A model generated the notes under the pieces. That model ran no database searches. It was not told where the DNA came from and saw nothing but the letters and a program-made list of their open reading frames with translations. Shown here in pieces: positions 9,207 to 19,229 of a DNA stretch of 64,000 nucleotides; within the stretch, counting starts at the first letter, position 1, and each line of letters opens with the position of its first letter. Source of the stretch: a candidate division FCPU426 bacterium (GTDB lineage Bacteria; Oederibacteriota; Muellerivitia; Muellerivitales; Muellerivitaceae); NCBI GenBank assembly GCA_963771075.1, contig CAVYSE010000003.1, forward strand, positions 1-64,000, read 5' to 3'. Made by a program: the position numbers and the translations under genes.

Positions 9207-10376
9207 TTACAGGCTGATCTGGTAGTTGGTTCCGAGGGTCCAATAGTTGAAATCGACGTGGGTGGTGCTTTGGGAAACGCCCGTCGGATCGACCGGGACG
9301 TTGTTCTGCAGGACGAAATCATAGGCCCCGAAGAAATTCAGGCTCGAAGCGTCATCCAGGACCATCTTCCAGGAAGGCCCGGCCCCCAACAGCCATCCGC
9401 CGCCAAAATAAAGGGGGTTGGACCCGGTGGTGATGAACTGGGGATAGGCGTTCTGGAAAACGTATTTGACCTGGGCCGCGATCTTGATCTCCCCGACGGA
9501 AAAGGAAGGGGCGGCATAGAGCCGGGGGGCGTAATAATTGTCGGCCTCGGTGACCAGCTGGTTGTTCTCATCCAAACGCCGGCAGGGGAAAAAATACATC
9601 ACTCCCGTATCCAGCGAAAGGCCGTTGGGATTGAACCAGCTATAGGAAGCGTTCAGGTTGGTGCCCAATTGGAAATCATCCGTCCCGTCGATTTGGGTGG
9701 TCAAGGAATAGTACCCGGACAGCCTGGCGATTTCCTTGTAGCCGTTCATCCCGGGTTGGACGAAATTGAGGACGAGGAAGGCGGTGTCGCCCAACTGGAC
9801 GGATTCCAGGGGGGAGTCCGTGAAGGCGTTCGAATAGGTGAACCCGCCGCCCAGGCCCAAAGAATTTTTCCCGGCGGGAATGCTCAAGGCGTAAAGCATG
9901 TCGAACCCGAAGGCACGCCCCCGGTAGCGGTAATCCATGAATTCGGTGGGGATGATGGCGTTCGTCTGCTTGTTTTCCCAGGTCGAATCCCCGGTCGGCA
10001 GGTTGAAGCTGACGTTCAGGAGGGAGGCATAACCGAAACTGTTGAATTGAATCTCGGTTCCAATGACCGAATCGGCCAGGTTGGTCAGGTTGACATTGGC
10101 GTTCGTACCCGTATTGTCGGGGGGATAGGTGTAGGTTCCATTGCCAAAAAGCCCCTGCCCATAGGCCTGGACCCCCTTGGCCAGGTTCAGGTTCAGGGAG
10201 AGGGGAACCCACAATTCGGAACCATAGACCGTGTTCAAGCCCGAGGTCGTTTTGTAGTCGCTGTTCCATCCGTCATAGGCGAAGCCCAGGCTGATCTGGC
10301 CCGCCTTCGCGAGGGAAGCCGATAGCAGGAACAGGCTTATCAGGAGGACCTTTTTCACCGGTAGATCAACCCTCAT
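9207..10376 (-). CDS. putative outer-membrane beta-barrel protein
   Basis: Signal peptide; alternating aromatic beta-strands; NLPTG motif; C-terminal LGTNYQISL; ATG overlaps the FecR stop. Confidence 0.65.
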   Translation of the reverse strand: MRVDLPVKKVLLISLFLLSASLAKAGQISLGFAYDGWNSDYKTTSGLNTVYGSELWVPLSLNLNLAKGVQAYGQGLFGNGTYTYPPDNTGTNANVNLTNLADSVIGTEIQFNSFGYASLLNVSFNLPTGDSTWENKQTNAIIPTEFMDYRYRGRAFGFDMLYALSIPAGKNSLGLGGGFTYSNAFTDSPLESVQLGDTAFLVLNFVQPGMNGYKEIARLSGYYSLTTQIDGTDDFQLGTNLNASYSWFNPNGLSLDTGVMYFFPCRRLDENNQLVTEADNYYAPRLYAAPSFSVGEIKIAAQVKYVFQNAYPQFITTGSNPLYFGGGWLLGAGPSWKMVLDDASSLNFFGAYDFVLQNNVPVDPTGVSQSTTHVDFNYWTLGTNYQISL

Positions 10377-11272
10377 GGGACATTCTCCGACCCCGGCACC
10401 ACCACCGTAATATTGGCCCGCGTCGTTCCCCCGACCGAGGGATCGGTGAAGGTGTTCCCCTGCAGGGTGTGGTTGAACCCCAGGAATTGTCCGTTGATAT
10501 CCACCAGGGAGGCGGTGGAAGAATCCCCTCCCGGTCCCGGGGGATTATTCCCGCCGTTGTTATTGCCGTTTCCACCGGGGATGCCGTTGGCGCCCGCCCC
10601 CCCCGCTCCGGTGTTGTTCGGGCCATTGCCGTTTCCACCCGGCCCGTTTCCGCCGTTGCCGTTCCCGTTCGTCCCATTGCCATTGGCGCCGTTTCCGCCG
10701 GGCAACCCGTTGTTGGAGCCCCCGAAGGGCACGCCGTTATGGAAGACCGCGCTGCTTCCCGGGCCGTAATCCGTCGTTTGGCCGTTCGTGGATGTGAAGA
10801 CCGTGCCTTCCAAGACGCCCAGGTAAACCGTATTGGTGGTGGGATCGTATTTCACCTGGAACTGGGTGCCCCGGACGCCGCAGATCACCCCCCCGGCGTT
10901 GACCTCGAAGGAGGATTTGGCGGAAGCCAATTTCGTGACCTTCGCCAGCAACTGCCCCAGCATCAACTTGAATTGGATCACCTTGTCGTTCAGGCCGGGC
11001 TGTTGAAGCTTATCCAGCCAAACGTCGGTATTGGGGCTGAGGGTCAGTTGGGACCCGTCAAAGGTCTGCAGGACCGCCTGGGCATCGGGACCCGCGACGA
11101 GGCGTTCCCCCTCCACCACGGTGGAGTCCTTTTCAGCCAAACGGAGCATATGGCCCTTGTGGCCCCTGATTTCCACCTTGCCGGTGACCGAGGTAAAAAC
11201 GGCCTCGGTGACCGCCCAGAGGCGGCCCGTGGTGAACAGGGCCAACATGACCAGCCAAACCATTCGTTTCAT
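10373..11272 (-). CDS. secreted FecR-domain protein with Gly/Asn-rich tail
   Basis: Signal peptide; DGSQLTLSPNT, FEVNAGGVICGVRGTQF and VLEGTV FecR motifs; GNG repeats. Confidence 0.85.
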   Translation of the reverse strand: MKRMVWLVMLALFTTGRLWAVTEAVFTSVTGKVEIRGHKGHMLRLAEKDSTVVEGERLVAGPDAQAVLQTFDGSQLTLSPNTDVWLDKLQQPGLNDKVIQFKLMLGQLLAKVTKLASAKSSFEVNAGGVICGVRGTQFQVKYDPTTNTVYLGVLEGTVFTSTNGQTTDYGPGSSAVFHNGVPFGGSNNGLPGGNGANGNGTNGNGNGGNGPGGNGNGPNNTGAGGAGANGIPGGNGNNNGGNNPPGPGGDSSTASLVDINGQFLGFNHTLQGNTFTDPSVGGTTRANITVVVPGSENVP

Positions 11273-11306
11273 CGAAACCCCTTCAGTCGCTTTGCCGAAA
11301 ATTCAA

Positions 11307-11540
11307 TTACTTGGTTTTCTTCTTGCCCTTGAACGATACCTGCGGGGCCCCTTTTTGGGCGGTCCCGGAGACCGTGCGCGGGGGCTTGGCCAACTTGGCG
11401 TTCTTGCCCTTGCCGTGGTTCTTTTGGTGCTCCACGACCCAGGCGGGCGGATTTTTACCCGGCGCGGGGGGAGTATCCGCCAACAATAAACAAGGCGCCA
11501 CTAAGAACAGCAGGGCGATTCCCCATTGGATTTTTTTCAT
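11307..11540 (-). CDS. small secreted Lys-rich protein
   Basis: AGGAG RBS; signal peptide MKKIQWGIALLFLVAPCLLLA; fills the operon gap. Confidence 0.65.
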   Translation of the reverse strand: MKKIQWGIALLFLVAPCLLLADTPPAPGKNPPAWVVEHQKNHGKGKNAKLAKPPRTVSGTAQKGAPQVSFKGKKKTK

Positions 11541-11611
11541 GCTCTCTCTCCTTTACTCGCTTCTTACAACTTTTTACCGCAATACTTTATGAACGGATGC
11601 CGCCCATTTCA

Positions 11612-14600
11612 TCAATCGCAATTTCCAGCGGCGGTGTTGGAATCGTAACCCCAAACCGTCCAGCTATAATTGTTTTGAAGGTCATAAACCTCTCTATAGA
11701 CCGTACAGTCTTGCAAGCTGATCGGATTGCCCGTCACGTACAGGTTCACATAACTGGTCCCGGTCGTATCCGCCAGGTCCTCCAGGGAATACAAATCGGT
11801 GATCTGGTTGGCTTCCAAATAAAGGTTTTGCAGGCTGGGGACCAAGGATCTTTCGGAATCATTGTAAAGCGGGGAGGGGATGGAAGTGATCTGGTTCCCC
11901 GAAATCTCCAGTTCGATCAAACTCGGCAGGCCATAGGGCCCGCTCAGGAGGGACGTAAAGTCGGAGATGTAATTAAAATCGAGTCCCAGGTAGTTTAAAT
12001 TCGTCATATTGGCCAGGTGGCCCAGGTTGTTGGTGTCGCCACCATTCTGGATTTGGTTATAGCTGAGATCCAAGTCGTACAAATTCGTCAAGTTATCCAG
12101 GCCCGCTAAATTTGAAATCTGGTTATGGGCCAGGTTCAGGCTATACAAACCGGTGAGGTTGGATAAGGGCGTCAGGTCGCTGATCTGGTTCCACTCCAGA
12201 TCCAAGGTGTACAGGCCGGTGCAAAATTCAAGACCCTCCACACTGTTGATCGGATAATCGGAAACATCCAACGTGGCCAGGGTGGCCATATCGTTCGGGG
12301 TGATGGAGTAGTCGCAATCGCAGGGGGTAAGGATGTGGCTGTTCAATAAGACCGTTTGGATCGCGCTTTGCAGGCCGTTATCCCCGAATTGGACGTTGTA
12401 ATTCACGGTCCAATTGTCATACACAAGGGTCATCATCTCGGGGGCGATCGTGATCTGGTTATTTGTAAGGTAGGAGTTCCCGTTCAGGGAAACATAAACC
12501 GAGTTGTAGTAATTCGCGGCGTTCGTGTCCAGCGGAGTCAAATCCGTGATCGAATTCCAATCCAGGTCTATATAGGTAAGGTAGGGGAGGTTCTGCAAAG
12601 CCGTCAAATCGGAAACATTATTATTGTCCAGGTAGAGCGTTTGAAGATCGGTAGCGCCTTGTAATCCGGAAATATCCGATAGTGAACTTTCACCGTAATA
12701 ATTTTCGCTCAATTCCAAATAAGACAAGGAAACCATATTCGTGAGGTCCGGAATTGCCCCGATCGAGTTGTAGGAAAGGGAGAGGTATTGGAGATTGGAT
12801 AGGTTCGTGACCGGCGACATATCGCTCACCTGGTTGTAGTAAAGGTTCAGGGAGTTCAAGCCCGTGAGCCCGGCTATCGGGGTCAAATTTGAGATGTTGT
12901 TCCAGCTCAAATCGATCTGGGTCACCGCGGAACAGTATTCCAGCCCCTCCAGGTTGGAGATGCCATATTCCTCGGCGGAAATATTGGTAATCGTGGCCAT
13001 GTCATTGGGGGTAATGTTCGATTCCCCATAAATGATCCCGTTTGTGGTCAAAATATTATAGATCGCGGAGTAAAGCCCCTCGTCCGGTATGTTCACGGCA
13101 TAATTCACCGTCCAGTTATATCCGACCAGGGTCATCATCTCGGGGATCGTATCGGGTATGACAAGCGGATCGTTCAACAGGGAAACATAGACTCCATAAT
13201 GCCCTTCCCCGCCCTGCGCGTTGGCCACCAAGGGGGTCAAATCGGTGATTGCGTTGTAATCCAGCTCTATATCCGTGAGGCTTTCCAGGTTCTGCAGGGC
13301 GATCAGGTTCGAGACCGAGTCATAGTCCAGGTCGATATATTGGAGGTTGACGGCCCCCGCCAACCCGGTGATATCCGTGATCGAGCTGCTATCGTTGGGG
13401 TTGTAGTTGTTACCGAGGTCCAAGGAATACAAGTTGTTCATTCCCGCGAGGGACGGCACCGTATCGAGGGAACAGCCGTCCAAATACAGGTATTCAAGCT
13501 GGGTGAGGCTTAAAAGTGGCGACATATCAGTGATGGGATTGAAGTCGAGCCCCAGGTAGGTCAAATTCGTCAGGCTGGTCAAGTTGGAAATATTCGAAAT
13601 GAGGTTACTGCTCAATTCAAGGTTCATCAGGTTCGCCGTGAGCTGGGACATATTGGGGATAGAACTGATTTGGTTGCCGTAAAGGTAAAGGGAGTTCAAG
13701 TTCGTCAAGGCGGTCACAGGCGACATATCCACAACCTGGTTGTAAGACATGTCCAGGTAGGTCAAGCCATTCAGCCCCCCCAGGGGAGACAGGTCCGTGA
13801 CAGCGTTGCCCTCCATGATGATTTGGGTGACGCCGGTGCAGGTTTCCAACCCCACCAGGCTTGAGACCCCGGCGGAATTGACCGTCAAATTCATGATCGC
13901 CGCCATATCTTCCGGATAGATGGGGCTGGAAGTGGTGGGAATAATGCCGTTGCTGACCAACAGGGTTTGCACCGAGGTTAAAAGGTTCGGGTCGGGGATA
14001 TAGACCGTGGACTCGGGGGTCAAGGTGGCCGTTTCCGTGGAGGTGGGGGTGGTCGTCGAGGTCAAAGTGGCGCTGCTGGTCGCCGTTAATGTGGCCGTTG
14101 GGGTGGGGGTGAGCGTTATCGTCAAGGTTTCAAGCGGGGTGATGGTGGAGGTCAGGGTTAAAGTGGGCGTGCCGGTCCAGGTTTGGGTCGGGGTAAGGGT
14201 TAGGGTGGAGGTGGTGGTTTGGGTCCAGGTTCCCGTGGGAGTCGCGCTCGCGGCGAGGACCATTTGGTCGTTCCCGTTAATGGGTCCGCCCAAAAGTTGG
14301 GCGGGCGTGTGGCTGTTCGCACCCGAGGCGGTGATCGAAGAGGCGTTCAAGGTGGTCAAAAAGTCCCCTCCCCCTGCCGCGTTCAAGCTTAAAACCAGCA
14401 AAAAGGTCTCGGGCGCGTTGGGGCTCAAGGTCAAATTCGTCAGAGCGCCGAAGGCCACTTGGCCTCCCGAGAAGCTTCCCGAGGCGATGGGGGTGGGATT
14501 GGCGGCACCGTTATACAAACCGTTTCCGGACGGATCATTCCCCAAAGTGTCGGGGATCAGCTTGACGCTGCCCGCCACCACTTCCCCGGTGGTCAGGGAG

Positions 14601-15823
14601 CCTTCCAAGCCGAACCCGATCTGGCTGACCGATACCGGTTCCTGGCCCTGGGCCGTGAGGACAAACTGAAGACCCGAAACATTGGCCTGGCCGTTGGTGT
14701 CATTTTGGGTGGAGGGATTCCCGTTCCAGGACAAGACCAGCGCGGGTTGGGGCGTGGCCGTTATCGAGGGAGTCACGGTGATCGTGGAAGTCTGGGTGGG
14801 AGTTGAAGTCTCGGTGGGAGTCAAGCTGTCCGTCACCGTGAAGGATTGGGTGGAGGTGTAGGTGAACAAGGGGGTCTGGGTCAGGGTGGGGGTGGCGGTG
14901 ATCGTCGGGGTTTGGGTTTGGGTGGAAGTGCCCGTGGCGCTGGGGGTTGGAGTGTAGACGGGGGTGAGGCAAACACCCGTGGTATCCGCGGCGCTTCTTT
15001 CGTAAGCGTAATAAGGAAGGGTCGTGTTCACCCGGAACCGGAAGGAGGGACCCATCGTGGCCGTACCGGGGTTATTGATCTGCATCCAGGCGTGGCCCCC
15101 GCTGGAGAGCTGGACGCAATAAACATCCCCCGATTGCAGGGTCGTCACGGCCGCGCCGGAGGCCGCCTTGGAGGAAGCGGAAGAAACCGCCGTTTCAGTC
15201 GCGGGCGCGGAGGCGAAATTGACCAGGGGCCCATTTCCTAAATATTGGATCTTGTCCGAGTTGATGGCCGAGATCTGGTAACCGTTCCCGGCCGGTTGAA
15301 CATTGATATCCGTGCCCGTGGTATTGACCGTAAAGAGGGTGTCATTCCCGAATGAAAACCAGGACCCGGTTGTGTCCATCCAGGTGTCGGTCTGGTAACA
15401 GTTTCTCGACACCGAACCCAGGTTCAGGGTCACGCCGCCGGAAAGATTAGCGGTGTCGAATTGGGCCGCTCCCAAGGCCAGGGGCTGTTGGTTGGAAGCC
15501 GACAAGAGTTCCACCGCGAGAAGCCAAACCCCCGTACCCGGCAGGTCCACCGAGAAATTGATGGCGCCCGAGCCGGAGGAATCGTTGAAGGGTCCCGCCG
15601 AACCTGTCACCGCCCGGCCGGAAGTGGTGGCGGTGTAAAGAAGGATGTCGCTGGTGGAGCCCAAAAGGCTGGCTTGGATTTCCTGCGTATTGGGAATACT
15701 GACATTGAGGCCCGCGTTACGGGTGGGCGCGACGGGAGAAGTCGAATGGTTGCCGCAACCCATGAGGAGGGTGAACGGCAAAATCATTCCTAAAAATATA
15801 AATCGCCAATTCCTGAAATTCAT
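11612..15823 (-). CDS. large internalin-like leucine-rich-repeat lipoprotein with Thr-rich linkers
   Basis: Lipobox LLMGC; three LRR blocks (LxxLxLxxNxIxDLxPL), each with a V.IPD/FGD..L cap; start placed at MNFRNW. Confidence 0.85.
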   Translation of the reverse strand: MNFRNWRFIFLGMILPFTLLMGCGNHSTSPVAPTRNAGLNVSIPNTQEIQASLLGSTSDILLYTATTSGRAVTGSAGPFNDSSGSGAINFSVDLPGTGVWLLAVELLSASNQQPLALGAAQFDTANLSGGVTLNLGSVSRNCYQTDTWMDTTGSWFSFGNDTLFTVNTTGTDINVQPAGNGYQISAINSDKIQYLGNGPLVNFASAPATETAVSSASSKAASGAAVTTLQSGDVYCVQLSSGGHAWMQINNPGTATMGPSFRFRVNTTLPYYAYERSAADTTGVCLTPVYTPTPSATGTSTQTQTPTITATPTLTQTPLFTYTSTQSFTVTDSLTPTETSTPTQTSTITVTPSITATPQPALVLSWNGNPSTQNDTNGQANVSGLQFVLTAQGQEPVSVSQIGFGLEGSLTTGEVVAGSVKLIPDTLGNDPSGNGLYNGAANPTPIASGSFSGGQVAFGALTNLTLSPNAPETFLLVLSLNAAGGGDFLTTLNASSITASGANSHTPAQLLGGPINGNDQMVLAASATPTGTWTQTTTSTLTLTPTQTWTGTPTLTLTSTITPLETLTITLTPTPTATLTATSSATLTSTTTPTSTETATLTPESTVYIPDPNLLTSVQTLLVSNGIIPTTSSPIYPEDMAAIMNLTVNSAGVSSLVGLETCTGVTQIIMEGNAVTDLSPLGGLNGLTYLDMSYNQVVDMSPVTALTNLNSLYLYGNQISSIPNMSQLTANLMNLELSSNLISNISNLTSLTNLTYLGLDFNPITDMSPLLSLTQLEYLYLDGCSLDTVPSLAGMNNLYSLDLGNNYNPNDSSSITDITGLAGAVNLQYIDLDYDSVSNLIALQNLESLTDIELDYNAITDLTPLVANAQGGEGHYGVYVSLLNDPLVIPDTIPEMMTLVGYNWTVNYAVNIPDEGLYSAIYNILTTNGIIYGESNITPNDMATITNISAEEYGISNLEGLEYCSAVTQIDLSWNNISNLTPIAGLTGLNSLNLYYNQVSDMSPVTNLSNLQYLSLSYNSIGAIPDLTNMVSLSYLELSENYYGESSLSDISGLQGATDLQTLYLDNNNVSDLTALQNLPYLTYIDLDWNSITDLTPLDTNAANYYNSVYVSLNGNSYLTNNQITIAPEMMTLVYDNWTVNYNVQFGDNGLQSAIQTVLLNSHILTPCDCDYSITPNDMATLATLDVSDYPINSVEGLEFCTGLYTLDLEWNQISDLTPLSNLTGLYSLNLAHNQISNLAGLDNLTNLYDLDLSYNQIQNGGDTNNLGHLANMTNLNYLGLDFNYISDFTSLLSGPYGLPSLIELEISGNQITSIPSPLYNDSERSLVPSLQNLYLEANQITDLYSLEDLADTTGTSYVNLYVTGNPISLQDCTVYREVYDLQNNYSWTVWGYDSNTAAGNCD

Positions 15824-15948
15824 CCGGCTCCCTGATGAACCAACGCGTTTTGAGATTTGATTGAGCGAGAGGCGCATTGTACAAGACAATTGTTGACAAA
15901 GTCACAGCAAAATATTTTGTTTACACGTTTTTAAATTAACAAAAGCTG

Positions 15949-16080
15949 AGACCTCTGAAAAACCCCAATAAAGCGACAATCAGAGGTCTTGACCCCAATG
16001 ATTTCCGCAGGAAATCGTGGGGCTACTTATAAGACTTGCTGAAAAAGGCGGCGTAAGCTGACTTTTTCAGAGTTTATAAG
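15949..16080. repeat. three consecutive intergenic hairpins (MITE/REP-like or structured RNA)
   Basis: agacctctga..tcagaggtct (15949-15989); cccca-atgatttcc-gca-ggaaatcgt-gggg (15993-16022); ctgaaaaag..ctttttcag (16039-16070) extended by cttataa..ttataag. Confidence 0.6.
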
Positions 16081-16126
16081 CTATGTTTTATTGTGATTTC
16101 GGGGGGCAATACCGACAGGTTCAACC

Positions 16127-18370
16127 TTATTTCGTTTTCATGATAAAAACACCGTCCCAGTCGGCGGGGGGCGGTTCTTCCTTTAAGTTCTCGCAGCGGT
16201 CGATAAAGATCTTGGAGGGGCCATCCTCCGGGTCCAGTTCAAGGCAAACCCGGAACCGCTTGATGGCGTCATCCCAACGCTGCAACCGGTAATAACTCAA
16301 GCCCTCCTGGAATGCGTTCACCTTGAGTTCCTTGGCCCCTGCGGCTTTCAGCCGGTGGTCGATGACCTCATATATGCGGATGGGTTGGAGCTTGCCCTTG
16401 ACCCGGATCAGGTCCAATTCCCGGCAAAGCATATCCATGCGCACATGCTCATAGGTTTGCTCGCCGATGATGATCTCGACCTTGTATTCCTTGGTGGTTC
16501 CCTCCAGGCGGCTCCCCAAGTTCACCGCGTCCCCGATGAGGGTGTAATTTTTGATCGCCTGGGACCCGACGAAACCCACCACGATGGGGCCGGTATTGAT
16601 CCCGATTCCGATATGCAGTTTTTCCTTCCCCTCGCTCTCCCATTTCGTGTGCAGGGTATGGTGGAGCAGGTCCACCATTCCCAGGGCCGTGGAACAGGCC
16701 CGGTAGGCGTGGTCCTTCTGGCTGGTGGGCGCGCCCCAGAAGGCCATGATGGCGTCCCCGATATACTTGTCCAGGGTTCCCTCGGTCTGGAAGATCATAT
16801 TCGTCATCTGGGTCAGGTACTCGTTCAAGATGCCCACCACCTCATGGGGCGTGTGTTTCTCCGAATAGGTCGTGAACCCGCGGATATCGGAGAACATGAC
16901 CGTCAATTCTTTTTCCTCGCCTCCCAGCTCGATGCCGGCCGGCATTTTCAGGATCTCCTCGACCACCTTGGGCGTCACCATGCTTTGGAACATCTGTTTC
17001 ATGTAACGGCTGTGGCGCACTTCGGTGCGGAATTTGTAGGTCGTCAGGAAAAGGAACGTGAGCATCAAGGACAGGACGGGATAGGTCATGTTGATGATCA
17101 GGCCCGCGTATTGGAAGGCGAGGCAGGCCACCACGATATAAACCACCAACAAGGCGCCAAACCAGAGCGAACCTTGCGTGGGGGTCACCCGCGGCACCAT
17201 GTACCAAATGGCCAGGGAAAGGATCAACACCAGGATATACTTCAGGAAGTCGGGCGCCAGGGTCAGGACGTGATTGTCCAAAACGTTCTCGATGATGTTG
17301 GCGTTGATCTCCACGCCGGGCGAGACTTTCGTGAAAGGGGTGGGCCTCAAATCGTTGATGCCCTCGGCGGTGGCCCCGATCAGGACGATGGAACCCTTGA
17401 AGTCCTTCGGATCGGCCCGGTCGTTCAACAAATCGCTGGCCGAAAAGGTCGGAAAAATTCCCTTGCTGCCGCAATAATCCACCACGGCCGAACCGCCCTC
17501 ATCGAGGATCGGAATATTCCGGTTTCCCACTTCCACATGGTCCCCCACGAACACCTTGATGGGGTTCTTTTCGCCGAGGAAAACCCGAGCCACCTGCAGG
17601 GAAAGGTGGGGGATCATGAGCCCCGAATAGGCGATCACCGTTGGGTAAAAACGAACGATCCCATCCTTATTCGGGAAAAAACGGGTATGTCCCGAATCCT
17701 CCACCTTTTCCTGGAGATCCGGGATGGAAATGATCAGCGACTGGGAGGGAAAGAAGCTGTCGCTGAAACCGTGGAACAATTGGGCCCCGGTCAGGTGCAG
17801 GGATTCGGGGTTGGGGGTGCGGCCCTCCTTGCCGTTGATGAGGGGTTCGATGGGCAGGAAGACATTGCCGCAATCCTGGATCGCCTGGCCGAATTCCTTG
17901 TCGCCGTTTTGAGTCGATTGGAATTTTTGGACGTCGGCCAGAACGGATTTCCGGATCTTGGCCGCGGTGGGGCTGGAGCCCTGGATGGCCGAATTCATGA
18001 CCGACTCCAGCTGGTTGAGCATCTTTTCCTGGGTGCGCTCGGGCTCGGGGAAGAAAACGTCGAAAAACACGCATTTGACGCCCAAATCCTTCAGCTTGCG
18101 CACCAGCTTGGCGTGGATCGCGCGGGGCCAGGGCCACTGCCCGACTTCCCTCAGGCTTTTTTCGTCCACCGCCAGGATCCGGATGGGAGCTTCCGGTTTG
18201 CGTTCACCCCGGACCGAGAAGCGAAAATCGATGGTCTTGTACTCGAGCTCCTCGAAGAAATCGAGCTTGAGGAAATTACAAACGCATAAGAAAAGGGCGA
18301 TGACCGCCGTCATCCACAAGGCGGATTTTTTGCTGTAACTGACCTTTATTTCCCGGGGTGTCTCAGCCAT
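16127..18370 (-). CDS. CHASE2-domain class III adenylate/guanylate cyclase with C-terminal TPR
   Basis: GQWPWPR and PGVEINAN (CHASE2); 3 TMs; FSDIRGFT, DKYIGDAIMA, YTLIGDAVNLGSRLEG. Confidence 0.95.
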   Translation of the reverse strand: MAETPREIKVSYSKKSALWMTAVIALFLCVCNFLKLDFFEELEYKTIDFRFSVRGERKPEAPIRILAVDEKSLREVGQWPWPRAIHAKLVRKLKDLGVKCVFFDVFFPEPERTQEKMLNQLESVMNSAIQGSSPTAAKIRKSVLADVQKFQSTQNGDKEFGQAIQDCGNVFLPIEPLINGKEGRTPNPESLHLTGAQLFHGFSDSFFPSQSLIISIPDLQEKVEDSGHTRFFPNKDGIVRFYPTVIAYSGLMIPHLSLQVARVFLGEKNPIKVFVGDHVEVGNRNIPILDEGGSAVVDYCGSKGIFPTFSASDLLNDRADPKDFKGSIVLIGATAEGINDLRPTPFTKVSPGVEINANIIENVLDNHVLTLAPDFLKYILVLILSLAIWYMVPRVTPTQGSLWFGALLVVYIVVACLAFQYAGLIINMTYPVLSLMLTFLFLTTYKFRTEVRHSRYMKQMFQSMVTPKVVEEILKMPAGIELGGEEKELTVMFSDIRGFTTYSEKHTPHEVVGILNEYLTQMTNMIFQTEGTLDKYIGDAIMAFWGAPTSQKDHAYRACSTALGMVDLLHHTLHTKWESEGKEKLHIGIGINTGPIVVGFVGSQAIKNYTLIGDAVNLGSRLEGTTKEYKVEIIIGEQTYEHVRMDMLCRELDLIRVKGKLQPIRIYEVIDHRLKAAGAKELKVNAFQEGLSYYRLQRWDDAIKRFRVCLELDPEDGPSKIFIDRCENLKEEPPPADWDGVFIMKTK

Positions 18371-18431
18371 GGCCGTATTCTAGGCAGGAACTTTCCCGCG
18401 GGCAAAGGATTTCGACAAACGCGCGGACTTT

Positions 18432-19229
18432 TCAGGAAGAGGCGCTCCGGTACCTTTTTAATCCCTTTTTCCAGATCCACACCGTAAAGGCGAAAAAGGA
18501 GGCTCCCAGCGCAAAACCATAGAAGATCCACCCGCCTTCCAACTTGTTCACCAACACCCCCGCCGGAAAATTAGAGACGATCAACATGGGGATGATGGAT
18601 AACAGGACCCGGCGCAACAACCATGGGTAAATGTCCCCCGGATACCGGGAAAATTGCCCCAATTGCCAATAAAGTTCCAAAAGATTGCTGGAGCGGCCGA
18701 TCCAGAAGGTCCAGACCGAGAGGGTGAACAACATGGCGTAATAAATGAGGATGCTATTGAGCACCAAAGCCAGGAACAGGAGGATCGGGCCGGCCCCCAT
18801 TCCCAGGCCTAACCGGTGCATCCCGTAGCCGATCATGGCGAAACCCACCATGCTCGTCAGGATGGAGGAATAATCGGTGTAACGGAGGGATACGAGAAAC
18901 TGGCTGTTTATGGGTTTGATGAGGGTGAAATCCAAATCCCCCTGGCGGATTTGGTCGGTCAAACGCATGCAATTATCGTAAAAGAACGCCTCGAAAAGCT
19001 GGGTGATCACGTTATTGGTCCCGAGAAGGATCACCATATCCCACTTGTTCCACCCGCCGATATCCGACGCCTGCCCGTACATGACCTGGATATAAACCAA
19101 CTGCATCACGACCCAGAGGAACTCGGTCAGGAGCCGCACCAGGAAATTGACCTTGAACTGCATTTCCCGGATGAGGCAGTTTTTCATCATGAGCCAAGTG
19201 AGCTTGAGGTACCGGCGCAGGACGCTCAT
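18432..19229 (-). CDS. ABC-2 family permease (DUF990-like)
   Basis: IRQGDLDFTLIKPI, YPGDIYP, GLKRYRSASS. Confidence 0.9.
   Translation of the reverse strand: MSVLRRYLKLTWLMMKNCLIREMQFKVNFLVRLLTEFLWVVMQLVYIQVMYGQASDIGGWNKWDMVILLGTNNVITQLFEAFFYDNCMRLTDQIRQGDLDFTLIKPINSQFLVSLRYTDYSSILTSMVGFAMIGYGMHRLGLGMGAGPILLFLALVLNSILIYYAMLFTLSVWTFWIGRSSNLLELYWQLGQFSRYPGDIYPWLLRRVLLSIIPMLIVSNFPAGVLVNKLEGGWIFYGFALGASFFAFTVWIWKKGLKRYRSASS

Noticed and set aside
16355..18289. 644-aa plus-strand ORF, and similar long antisense ORFs (9162..10325, 19474..20421, 20163..21104, 41075..41914)
   Set aside because: Shadow frames of GC-rich genes on the opposite strand; no motifs
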